A stretch of DNA of 64,000 bases from Octopus vulgaris (lineage: Eukaryota), in contig OX597814.1 of assembly GCA_951406725.2 (NCBI GenBank), positions 164,176,001-164,240,000 of the forward strand, in the 5' to 3' direction. The notes under the pieces are model-generated. The model saw nothing but the letters and a program-made list of their open reading frames with translations. It was not told the DNA's origin and searched no databases. The position numbers and the translations under genes are program-made. Numbering within the stretch: the stretch's first letter is position 1; every line of letters begins with the position of its first letter. Below, piece by piece: positions 1 to 11,922 of the stretch.

Positions 1-484
1 GATTTGTCTACACCTCCATTTAGAGCACAGTTTAAGCTATCTTTTCGTGGAAGAAGGTTTATGTTCCTATAACCTGTGTTAATTCTGTAACCCTTTAAAA
101 TGGAAGATAAGAAAGTTCATTTTTGGCACTTGATGCTTTGGGAACCAGACAAAAATTGCTGCAGCTCAGCTGGGATGTGTTGCCCCACCCTCCATATTCA
201 CCAGATATTGTCCCTTCGGATTTCCATTCATTCAAGTCTCTGTAGAATAGTCTTAATGGTAAAAATTTCAATTCCTTGGATGACGTAAAAAGATACCTTG
301 ATGACTTCTTTGCCATGAAAGCACCTCAATTCTGGGAAGAGGGTATTTTCAAGTTAAAGGAAAGATAGAGACACATTGTGCAACAAAATGGTTCATATTT
401 GGTTGATTAAAAATGTAATGGCAAGTATTTATTGACCTTTTTCTTTCTTTTAAAAATCAGCATAAACTTTCCGGACAACCCAAT
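1..484 (+). mobile_element. Internally deleted mariner transposon
   Basis: N-terminus MEDKKVHFWHLMLWE (100-) abuts C-terminal PHPPYSPDIVPSDFH...NGSYLVD* with stops; right TIR-like aactttccggacaacccaat at about 465-484. Confidence 0.85.
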
Positions 485-979
485 GTAAGTGGCAGGATAT
501 TGCGAAGGAAGTGTGATTAAAGAGTGTTGAAGGAAGGGGGAGGGGAGTGAGTGGCAAAAACCTGGGTATGTATAGTCAGGGAGCTACTGGATAGCAATGA
601 TTGTGAGGACAGAATTGGGAAGTGAGGGCTATGCATAGTGTATGAAAGGAAATGAGAAGAGAAGAGATTTGAAGATGTACATTGTTTTGTTGGGGTAGGG
701 TGAGTGAAAAGTTTTCTTGTTACGTGTGTGTGGAACACATAGATCAGGGACTGGCAGATATCAATAATACTGTGACAGGGCATGTGGATGGAATATACAG
801 GTTGGGGGCTTTTAGAGAGCAATTATACAGTGCACATGGCCAAGAGGACAGGATTTAGGAGTGGGAAGCAAGCATGATGCATGAAACGGAAATGTGAGGA
901 AGAGAAGATATGTAGTTTAGTTTGTTGTGGTAGATTGTGTGAGAAGTTTTCTTGTTAAGTGTGGGTGGGACACGTTGCT

Positions 980-2452
980 TCTAGAACTCAGTTTTCCTGA
1001 CATGGGCGGGTCTTCTCTAGAACTTCATGTTGCCAGACATATCAGTCCATTGTCATTTTCTCCATGAGGCCCAACATCCTGAGATTGGTCCTTACCACTC
1101 CATCCCACATTTTCCTGGGTCTTCTTCTGTGGGCACCATCCATTTTCAGTGATCAGCGCTTCTTTGTGCATCTGTCCTCATTCATATGCATTACATGTCC
1201 AAACAAACATAGTCTTCTCTCTTGCATGTTACATTTGATTCTTCTTATGCCCAACTTTTCTCTCAATACATTTGCACTGATATTGTACATCAAACGGAGC
1301 ATACTACCTTCATTTCTCTCCAGTCTACACATGTCTTCTGCATTCAGAGCCCATGTCTCATTACCATGGAGTATAGCCATTCACACACAAGCATCATATA
1401 GTCTACCTTTCACTCCGAGAGTCCTTTTGTTGCCAACAGAGGTAATAGCTCTTTGAACTTCCTCCACCCAATTCTTATTCTAGAAACACTACTTTCAGAG
1501 CATCTTTCACCATTGCTAATTTGGTAACAGAAACTATCTACAACCTCAAGTGAGCCTCTTGGGCATTTGAGAGAACTAAGTCCCATTTGCTCTTAATGCT
1601 TATTGTTCCTGCACATTTGCCACATATGAAGACGACTTTATCTACCTGAGATTCCACTGCACCTCTTATGTGTTCATAGTTTACACTGGGTGCAGCAAAT
1701 GGAATTTCTTCCAACTCCTTTCCTACATATTGAGCCGGGCCATTTACCTGATGGAAAGAGAGTTTTATCTTCTTTCTTACTAACAACAACTTTGGTCTTA
1801 GCAAGGTTACCTTTATGGCCCTTTGATTCCAGGTTTTGTTTCCATACCTGTTCGTACACATGCGTCATACAGTCTACCTTTTACTCTGAGCGAGAGGCCC
1901 TTTGTCACCAGTAGAGGTAGTAGCTCTCTGAACTTTGCCCAGGCTATTCTTATTCTAGCAGCTACACTTTCAGAGCATCCACCCCCGCTTCTGATTTGGT
2001 CACCTAGATAATGGAAGCTGTCAACTACTTGTAGTTTTTCTCCCTGGAATGTGGCAGAAGTTGTTCTCTGCATATTTTCAGTGTTTATTGCTCCTGAGCA
2101 TTTGCCACATACAAAAACTATCTTCCCTTCCTTTGATATTGCTGCACCTCTTATGTGTCCATAGCTTACACTGGGTACATCTTATAGAGTTTCTACCTAC
2201 ACCTTTTCTACAGATCGAGGGTCATCTACCTGAAGGGATTTGTGGTTTGTCTACCTTCCTACTTATTAATACTTTGGTTTTAGCTAGGTTGACTCTAAGG
2301 CCCTTCGAGTCTAATTTTGGCTTCCACACCTGAAATTTCTTCTAGTTCTGATAGTGACTCAGCAACTAGAGCAAGGTCATCAGCATAGAGGAGCTCCCAA
2401 GGGCATCTTGTCTTGAATTCCTCCTTTATTGCCTGGAGGACTATGATAAATA
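980..2452 (-). mobile_element. RTE-clade LINE 3' fragments, two overlapping copies in tandem, degenerate
   Basis: LLYADDLAL, CRKGVGRNSI.CTQCKL Cys-rich segment, VDSFHYLGD..GGCSESVAARIRIAWAKFRELLPLL, LHGNETWAL...LFGHVMHM. Confidence 0.9.
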
Positions 2453-2879
2453 TAAATGACGATTTATGCCCATATAAGCAAAGTGTCTAGTAGATTAGTG
2501 TTTGATGTGTGAAGAAGTGGAATAAGAATGTTACTTGAAAACAATAAAAGTTAGTGTCTGAAGTGCACCGGGCCATAGGATACTGCATTTGAAAGTTCAT
2601 CTGATACATGCCAGCATCGAAAAAAGTGGATGTAAAAACAAAAGAATAAAAGTAAGCAAATACACATGCACATAAATATAGTTCAAATTTCCAGAAAACA
2701 AAAGACAGGTGAGGAAACAAGCAGGTGTAGTAATTTGACCCTCGAGCAGAATGGAAAAGGCTATGATGTTTCAAGCCTATGCTTTTCGACAGAAAGGGAT
2801 GAAAGGTAAAAAAAAATGGAGAGATTATCAGTTCTCACATATGTCTATCAGTGATTCTCAAGCTTTTGAAACACAGGCC

Positions 2880-4080
2880 CCATTACTTACTTAAGCCCTT
2901 TGCTCCCTATGGAGTGTAGCCATCAATGATTTTTCTCCATTGTTATTGCCTTTGGATTAACTTTTCTGCTTCTTTCTAATTGGATCCCTATCTTTGCAGC
3001 TCAGCCTCAGTATCCCACTTCTACCTGATCTTAGGGTGCCTCCTCATCCACCTCTCTTGTGTAATACCTGAAGTATAATGCAGGATGCTGGTTTCGTTAA
3101 TCCTTTAGCATTTAGATTATTCTGTCTAATGTAATGCTTTTTCATTTTCATTGTTTTTAATTAATCTTGCATTATTTTGTAGCTTCAAAATTTTGATGAT
3201 GTGATTGTACATTTTTCAGTAAAACATTGAAGGGTAAGTGTAATAAGCTGGATCTGGATGGTTAGAACCTAAAACAAGTAGAATATTTGGGCTGGATTGG
3301 CTAGTTTAAATGCTAAAGGGTTAAGGTATCTATCCCCATTTGCACTTCAGAATCTATTTTTCCACTGGCATCTATCTTACTCCTGTCACAGCTCTTTGTT
3401 TCTTATCTTATCCATCCATTTAAGTGGAAGAATATACCTCAGATAGTTATTGATGGAAGTCTGTATCTTCTGTAGTGTTTTTTAGTCTTTCTCCATAGCT
3501 CTGATTTATAAAAAAGAAACATATAAGAGTTGAAGATAAGCAATTTAATATCTCTGGAAACCCAAATGTTCTTGAGAATGGTGATGGCTGCTCTGGCCTT
3601 GCCTACTCTGGCTATGTCATCTCTCTCAGTGCCACCCTGTTTATCAGTTATGGTAAGAAAGTATGTAAAGAAGCTGACTTCCTCTATTGGTTCACCATCT
3701 ATTCTGACTGGGTTGTTATTAAAGGTGTTGTTCCTCAGATCAGTCTCAAGGGATGCTGCTGCCAGTCTGTCTTATCTTGCATCTGGTTATGACTGTGACA
3801 AGAGGGCAAGGTTATCAGCATAATCAAAGTCATCTACTTATGTCAAAGGAATCCATTGTATTATATTTGCTCCTTCCTGTTGTAATGGTCTCCATGATCT
3901 AGTCAATGGCCAGTAGGAACAAGAATACAAAATATAAAACTACTGAACTCCAGTTCTGACTTCAAGGCTCTCTAAAAGCTGAGCTGTGAGCAAAATCCTA
4001 CATGACATACCCTGGTGATGTGTATTTGAAAAGGGAAATGAATTTTTCTGGAATTCCATTTCTCAAGATTTTCCAGAACA
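2880..4080 (-). mobile_element. Old degenerate RTE-type LINE fragment interrupted by a MITE
   Basis: Minus-strand LDYADNLALL, FLTYFLTITDKQGGTERDDIARVGKARAA remnants with stops and frameshifts. Confidence 0.65.
3101..3320. mobile_element. piggyBac-type MITE
   Basis: TTAA on both sides; TIR tcctttagcattta / taaatgctaaaggg; related copy at 14354-14557. Confidence 0.75.
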
Positions 4081-5114
4081 TTTTATTTTTTAATAATCCT
4101 TATATAATTGTATATATATATATATATGTCTAGGTGTGTGTAAACCTATAAAATAGAATACAAACATGGCAAATCTTACCTGTTTCTCTGTAGATAGAAA
4201 AAATAATGAACAACTTTGATCAATTGTTGGCCCTTATTAAGGTCTTATCAGAAGTGTCTACATGACTTGACCAATACCAGAAAAGCAAGCAGCCAATCCA
4301 TTTATATGCACATCAAATCCAGTAGCTTTAGAGAACTGGGTCAAGTAATTTGCTCAAGGAGAAACATAATTTTAGCCAGTACTTGGTCTTTTAATAATTT
4401 TTTATAATTTGATTTTCATAGTTAACATAATGCAACATATTTATGAATATAAACTTTAAATAATGCTTAGTAATGTATTTAGTCTATAAGTAAAAATCAC
4501 AGTGATGTAATTGGCATAATGACAAATTATAACATAATGGTGATGATTTTATTGCTATTTCAAAATTCCTTTCAAAAACAATTCTCATTTTATGCTGAAG
4601 ATCATGTTTGCTGCACTAATCTTAGTATGACATTATCTCTGAACTTTCTATTGTAGATTTTGTTCTGTCTTCAAAGTAGACAGCTTAAAAGGAGATTTAT
4701 TCTCTTTCTCAGTGATATTTTAGGGCTCTCATTGGTGTTGCTTTGTCAGAGAATAACCCTATGATCAAAAGTCTTTTATCTAAGACCATCCTGTATTTTT
4801 GTACATTCAGGACTACATTATCAAGAGTATCCTACAAGTATATACATTTGTAAAAGTAATATGCATCAACAACTTTGTCCTCATCATTTTACATGCAAAT
4901 TTTGATGTTGACATGAATTGGGCAGGTTTACTGAGACAGTGTTTTATGACTGGATGCTCTTCCTGTTGCCAGCCCTTTTAGTCACCTCCTATAACCTGCA
5001 GATAAGGTAGATAAAATCACTCACTAACAATGTTAATGCTGTTAAAATTACAAAAATGAAATGATTTCAGCACAAAGTCCTCTCAAACACAAATCACAGT
5101 ATTTCAGTCATATA

Positions 5115-7085
5115 TAATAATAATAATAATAATAATAATTGTGTACAGTGCTCAGGTGCACTACAACTCATCTAAAGTGTATATATAATCAGGTGTAGTT
5201 TCGGCGGATTTCGGAAAGCATGAGGGCCTTAAAGGATGCAGTGTCATGGCAGTCAACAACTGACACAGGCAGTTTATTCCACGCTTCAGCAACTCTGAGC
5301 GTGAAAAAATGTTTCCGAAAGTCATGGGAGCTGTGTTGTTTTCTAACTTTGTAGGCATGTCCACGTGTGTTAGACACATGGAGATCAAAAAGGTGTTCAG
5401 GGTTGTTGTTGGTGAGGTGGTTGATAACCTTGTGGGTGTTTACCAAGTCAGACGCCGGAGCTTCAGTGAATCCATGCCCAGGGAAACAAGGCGCTCAGAA
5501 TATGGTAGGTGTTTGATGGAGGGTATGCGTTTGGTTGCACGTCTCTGGACAGATTCCAGGAGGTCAATGTTCTGAGCAAGATAGGGATTCCAAACTGATG
5601 ATGCGAATTCCAAGTGTGGTCGTACCATAGCTGTATACAGTTTTAAATAGATGGCTGGAGAGCGGCTAACAAAAGTCTTGCTGAGTGATGCCAAGACACC
5701 CTCGGCCTTCTTGACAATTTTAGAGATATGCTTTGTCCAACGCAAATCACTGCTGACAGTGATGCCTAGGTCACGCTCGCAAGAGGATTTCTTGATATCA
5801 GTGTTGTGGAGGGAGTATGTGGACGCAGGGTTTTTTCTCCCAAAATGCATGGTGGTACACTTGTCCACAGCCAGTTTCAGTTGCCAGTCTGTGATCCATT
5901 GCTGCATTGTGTCTAGGTCTGATTGCAGGAAAGAGTTGTAGACATCAGGATCAGTCCTCTTGATTTCAAGGTACAGCTTGATGTCGTCTGCATATTTCAA
6001 TACTGTGGCATTCTTTAAATTGGCATCTATGTCATTAATGTATGCCACAAACAGGAGGGGACCAAGGACAGATCCCTGTGGTACACCCGATGACATCTCA
6101 TATGGTGTAGAGTGCTGTCCTAGAACTGTGACTACCTCCTTTCGGCTGAGGATGAAGGATTTCAACCAGTTAAAAAGGTCATCCCCCACACCCATTGCAG
6201 AGAGTTTCACCATAAGCCTTTTGTGTGGCACAGAGTTGAAAGCCTTAGCAAAGTCAAGGTAGACAACATCCACCCATGAGCCACTGTCAGTGATCTGAGT
6301 AATGTCCTCAAGGAACTCGACAAGCTGGTCACTGCAGCTGGAGTTAGGGACAAATCCATATTGTGAGGGTCGGATGAGACTGTGAGAGCTCCAGAAGTTC
6401 CAGAGTGTTTCTCTGACACACGATTCCATCAGTTTTGCAATACAGCTAGTGAGACTGACTGGGCGATAGTTGACAGGTGATGTGCGGTCACCCTTTTTGA
6501 ACAGAGGAATGACACTGGCAGTTTTCCACTGCTCCGGAGTAGCTCCATTGTTGAGACAGTACTGGAAGAAAATAGAAAGCTGGTGTAAAAGGAAGTGCCT
6601 GCCACGTTTGAGAAGCAGGTATGTAACTCCATCGAGACCAGGGGAGGCATAGTTGCGCTTATTTTGAAGGTGACGTCGCAGCATTGCAGGTGTAAATTCC
6701 ATAGTTGTTATGGAGTTTGCTGTTAGTGATGGTGAAGATGGTACATTTTGACTTTCGACAGTGAATATGTTTGCATAGCACTCGGCAATGAGTTCTGCGC
6801 ATTCCTTGGGGTCGTCAGTGATCTGGTTCGTGTGAGGGTTGCGAAGAGGGCCCACTGGAGAGTGAGGTCTCTGCTTTGAATGCACATATTTCCAGAAAAC
6901 CTTGCTGTCAGGTTTGGCTGCTATGCACTGTTCAAATTCAAGCACTGCATTTTTTGTCACTTGCTTGAGATGGTTGGAGGATTTATTCCGCTTCTTCCTG
7001 TTGGTGTCTGATTTATGCAACTTGTATTCCTGTTCAGCAGTCCGACGTTCCTTCCTGGCAAGTCGGACCGCTGAAGTTTCCCAAC
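5115..7085 (-). mobile_element. 5'-truncated CR1/Jockey-group LINE with near-intact reverse transcriptase
   Basis: ORF 5440-7020 has NYRPVSLTS, QYGF, VYLDFAKAF, GVPQGSVLGPLLF, YADD. The C-terminus continues in another frame (5189-5446, FFTLRVAEAWNKLP); (ATT)n tail at about 5115-5140. Confidence 0.95.
5440..7020 (-). pseudogene. LINE ORF2 reverse transcriptase, 526 codons open, lacks endonuclease, frameshift near the C-terminus
   Basis: RT motifs as above; no APE domain because of 5' truncation. Confidence 0.88.
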
Positions 7086-7365
7086 TTATATATTATATAT
7101 ATATATATATATAATACTACTACTACTACTACTACTAATAATAATAATAATATTAGGGAGTATAACTCCAAACTTACAGGGAAAAATTCAATTTAGTATT
7201 AAATCAAATTTCACAATATAAATATATAATATATATAATTAGAGAAAAATCACTATTATGTAATTCAAACAATGATATGAATAAACCATATCATATAGAA
7301 AAAATAAAATATACTACAAAACATATATCTAGATCACAAAAAGTACAAAAAATGAATAAACATTA

Positions 7366-7665
7366 TCATCATCATCATCGTTAAACATCCGTTTTCCGTG
7401 CTAGCACGGGTTGGACGGTTTGACCGGGGTCTGGGAAGCCAGGGGCTGCTCCAGGCTCCAGTCTGATCTGGCAGAGTTTCTACGGCTGGATGCCCTTCCT
7501 AACGCCAACCATTCCGCGAGTGTAGTGGGTGCTTTTTACGTGCTACCTACACAGGTGCCAGGTGGGGTCTGGCATCGGCCACGATTGGTTGGAGCTTTTA
7601 ACGTGCCAGCGGCACGGAAGCCAGCCAACGTTCGGATGGTGCTTTTTATGTGCCATTGGCACAGA
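7366..7665 (-). mobile_element. RTE-tail-derived short repeat ending in (GAT)n
   Basis: catcatcatcgttaaacatccgttttccgtgctagcacgggttggacgg...; many copies in the window. Confidence 0.75.
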
Positions 7666-8636
7666 AATAAGTTAAAATGTATGAAGTCTTTTTATTACTT
7701 ATATAATGTTTATTCACTTTTTTTGTAGTTTTTGTGATCTAGATATATGTTTTATAATATATTTTATTTTTTCTATGATTTGGTTTACGTCTACCATTGT
7801 TTGAATTACATAATAGTGGTTTTTCTCTAATTTATACATATATATATATATATTATACAGCATATTTTTTTTGTACTCTTACAATAAAAATATTAATTTT
7901 ATTAGTCATGAAGTCAGTTTTTTCATATGGTTAGAGATGATGAATGACCAAGAATATAACAGATACTTATTTAATCAAATCCTATGAAGCATAAAATAAA
8001 GTCAAGCAGGAAGGTTTGGACAGACAGATAAAATTATTATAATAGTTCTTAGCCACTTCCAGTTCTGACCACACCTAGGGAAACTATCACGAATGATGGA
8101 AGGATGATAAGTGGTAAAATGCCAACTGATTATCACTAACGCAGCATTTTACTAACGATGGTTACGAGAGAATGGTATATGTTCTTACTTGATTCTGTAT
8201 TATATAAAGCTACTTTTCTAAGCAAGTATACTAATACATCTAGCTGTAGGTTTGTATCTCAGGTAATCAAGAGTCTTGTACCTTATTCATCCATATATGA
8301 CACTTCTGCCAGTATTTAAACTCTTTAAGTATGAAGCCCTTTCAGTAAGGTGTAAGATTATACATGAAAACCACAACCTTCAATATTTATTAGTTATTAT
8401 TTTATCTATGTTAATACATATGGTTGAGTGTCTAACTTAGAAATATAAGAGTGGACAGGATTCATTTCAAACCTTGATACCAGTTTTGTGCTGTATCTTC
8501 AGTAAAAACATCTCAATAGTTGTAAACAGACACCAAAAAAGGCATCATTGAAAAGATATGTCTTGTTACAGTGAATCCAGTTTTTTCCCCCAAGAAGTGT
8601 AAAAGAAAAGTGCATCTATCTAGGATGAAATGTTTC

Positions 8637-9033
8637 AACAATTATTAACCATCTTACAAACAATAGCTCTGAGCACCTTTTCAAACTCTACCTGTCTAAC
8701 ACCCGTGGACATGTTTACAAAGTCAGAAAACAGCACAGCTCCCATGACTTTTGGAAAAAATTTTTTCACGCTAAGAGTTGCTTAAGTATGGAGCAAACTG
8801 CCGGCATCAGTTGTTAGTTGTCAGAACACTGCATCCTTCAAAACTTCCATGCTTCCTGAGATTCGCCAACACTACACCTGATTTTCTCCCCTCCATACAC
8901 ATGCAAGCATGTATCTGACTCATACACTGTTCACTTTCCAGACATTTGTACATTACTGCATATGCTTTATACGCACTTTTGACAAGTTGTGGTGCACCTG
9001 AGCACTGTATACAATAATTTCATTATTATTATT
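8637..9033 (+). mobile_element. 3' end of a related CR1/Jockey-group LINE
   Basis: Similar to the reverse complement of 5140-5430 (acccgtggacatgtttacaaagtcagaaaacagcacagctcccatgac...gcacctgagcactgtatacaat) plus (ATT)n tail. Confidence 0.85.
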
Positions 9034-9610
9034 GTGATAGCTGGGATATTTAATTCATATATCATGAAAGAAACCTTTTAAAGTATAGAGAACAAACAGA
9101 TCTGTAGATTTGGATTAGATTCAATTTATAGTCTCCTTTACCCCTTTCATTACCATATTTTTGTTAAAACATGCTCTCTGTTTCAATCAATTTGGAAACA
9201 ATGAAGAATTTAGAAAAACAACTATCATTTTAAAGCTTGTGTTTGGAACATAAATAGACCACTTTAAAAGAGGAGATTTTTATGATAGAACTAAAGGCAG
9301 TCTCAGGTGTCTTAATATCAAAAGGATTAACAGACCAAAGCTCATATAAGCACCCAATGATATTCTTAACATTCCTTCCTATTTTATCTGTTCATTAGAT
9401 CATAAAAAAAAAGAATGAACTAAAAGACTGTTAATCTTGCACCCATGTAAAATATCAATATACTATATCAACAAAGTGAGGTACTATGAAAATATATTTT
9501 AATAATAAACCTATTTTCAATAATTTGTTGTGGTATTTAAAAAATACTTATGTTTTTTTTTTCTGTCAGTTATACTACTTTTATAAAAAAAGATCTTTTT
9601 TCCAATATGT

Positions 9611-9913
9611 TTATACTCCAATTGTAAAATCAGTTTCAGCTTTTTCTTTTAGTTCGTTGATTTGTTGCCAAAGACTGGAAGTGCTGCCACAGAAAGAGTC
9701 ACTTCTTCCAATAGAGCATGTGTCAGCTAAATGGTCATCTGTAGAATCAAAGTCATCAAAGCTTGCAAAAGAATCAGTCCAACAGAAATTTGATGAACAT
9801 TCAGAGTTACTTTCTGAATGCCTGTCTTGAAGAGTAAATTTATAGTCCTGTATAGCATCACTCAAGCTCCAAAGTTGACATAAAAGGTTCAAATCCAAAT
9901 GGCGAAGACAAGC
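9611..9913 (-). CDS. FAM89A: FAM89/LURAP-family protein, last coding exon (ACLRHLDLNLLCQLWSLSDAIQDYK...FTIGV*)
   Basis: Acceptor ttttccag|, phase 0. LRHLDLNLLCQLWSLSDAIQDYK matches FAM89 LRQLDMSLLCQLxSLYESIQEYK, followed by a Ser/acidic tail and TAA. The three exons total 594 nt = 197 aa + stop. Confidence 0.92.
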   Translation of the reverse strand, partial: ACLRHLDLNLLCQLWSLSDAIQDYKFTLQDRHSESNSECSSNFCWTDSFASFDDFDSTDDHLADTCSIGRSDSFCGSTSSLWQQINELKEKAETDFTIGV

Positions 9914-11544
9914 CTGGAAAAGATTAATAAATTGTTTTCTTTAGAATATGACCAGTAATTGAAATAATTTCTCAAGCAAAAAGTTTTTGACCATTTTCAC
10001 TGCCTCAGTCCCAAATATAAAGAAAAAGACCAAGTCAGCCATACCAATAATTGTTTCTGATTTAGGTACAAGCTTAGTAATTTTGTAGTGAGGGGTTTAG
10101 TTGATTATATCAATGCTGGTGCTTCAATGGTACTTTATTTCATCAACTCCAGAGGGATGAAAGACAAAGTTGATCTCAATGTGATTTGAATTCAGAATAT
10201 AAAGAGCAAGAATGAATGTCACAAAGCACTTTTCTGATGTTGTAGCAATTTGACCAATCCACTGAGAGTTTTTCTAGATGTGACAAAAGTATTAGTGCAC
10301 AAGGTGAAAGAAGCCAATTGGTAAGACAAACCTGGTCAAATGATATTCATACAAAAACTATTACGTATTAGTTCGAGTGATATTCTCATTTTGATTGTTG
10401 CTTTCATTACTATATAGTGGAAGCAACAATCTAGGTACGGACATCACTTTGACTAATACACAATATATAAGTTCCTCATCTCAGAAATATAGAATTTTAA
10501 AAACTTAGCCTGTACAAAACTAAAAATTTTTGGTGATAGCCCAATCAGTTGTATTAGTCCAGTACTTGACTTTTACTTCATTTATTTGAAGGGCAAAAAG
10601 CAAAATAAATAACAGCAAGATTTGAACTCACAAACAAAAGGAAGTAACTAAATACTTTAAGTGGCTTGAATTTAGGTGAATAAGGGGTGATATGTTGAAT
10701 GACACAAAAATTCAACTGAAACTTCTTTCTGGTTTTCTTTCTCTAAATATGAGCAAAATTTCGCTTAACTGACAATATTTTATGCACGTCATTCAGCTTA
10801 AATTTAAGCCACTGATAATACGAGTTATTTCCCTTAGCATATTTTTAATTATGTAAATTACTACTGGCTTAAATTCTTTGAAATTCTTAAATTTCTTGAA
10901 ATTATCTCCACTTTTCTTTGAGAGTCACTAACAGTTACTCCTAGCTTTTCAATTTTTTTTTTGAGAAATTAACTCAGATTTTATGCATGCATTAGTGAGT
11001 ACATCACATATTAGCTTATGTTACTAAATACCTAAAGAAATTTTGTTCCCACTCTCCCTATATTACAAGAAATTTCTGAAAGAGAAGAGAGAGAGAGAGA
11101 GAGAGAGAGTCTAATCTAAGTAGCCCAACAGAGGGAACAAATATTGAAGATGACAAATATATTGTCAAAAGTGCAATCAAGAATATGAAGGCAGAGAAAT
11201 GAGTAAATGCTGAAAACATCCAGAGAAGTAGAATATATATTAATCCCTCTCATAGTCAATATAGTGTTATGAAAGGTGGTTCTCTTATTGAACTCATCAA
11301 TATCTTTTCTTTGAATGTATGTCTGCTGTTTGCCCTTGTTTCAAGTATTGTTGCCATATCTGGGCTAGTATCTCTACTGATGTTCTACTGAACTTTCTCC
11401 TCTTAAGGTGACTTATCTTTCCACTGTTGTTCTCTTTTCTAAGCGTGAGTTTCTACTCCAATAGTTCTTTTCCTTTAACAAGTTCTCTAGCTTCTTGTTT
11501 CACCAAATATAATTTGAATTCTTTAAAAAAAAAAAAAAAAAATT

Positions 11545-11922
11545 ACTCTTTTCAGTCATTTAACTGCGGCCATGCTGGAGCACTGCCTTTAGTCAAGCAA
11601 ATCGACCCCAGGGCTTATTCTTTGGAAGCCTAGTACTTATTCTATCGACCTCTTTTGCCAAACTGCTAAGTTACGGGGACATAAACACACCAGCATCGGT
11701 TGTCAAGCGATGTTAGGGGGACAAACACAGACACACATACATATATATATATATATACGACGAGCTTCATTCAGTTTCCATCTACCAAATCCACTCACAA
11801 GGCTTTGGTTGGCCCGAGGCTATAGTAGAAGACACTTGCCCAAGGTGCTACACAGTGGGAATGAACTCGGAACCATGTGGTTGGTAGGCAAGTTACTTAT
11901 CACACAGCCACTCCTGTGCCTA
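11545..11922 (-). mobile_element. tRNA-derived SINE family A
   Basis: Reverse complement of 19508-19915; A/B-box head and internal (TA/TG)n. Confidence 0.85.

Noticed and set aside
5651-6652. Plus-strand ORFs overlapping the LINE RT
   Set aside because: Antisense shadows of the RT ORF.
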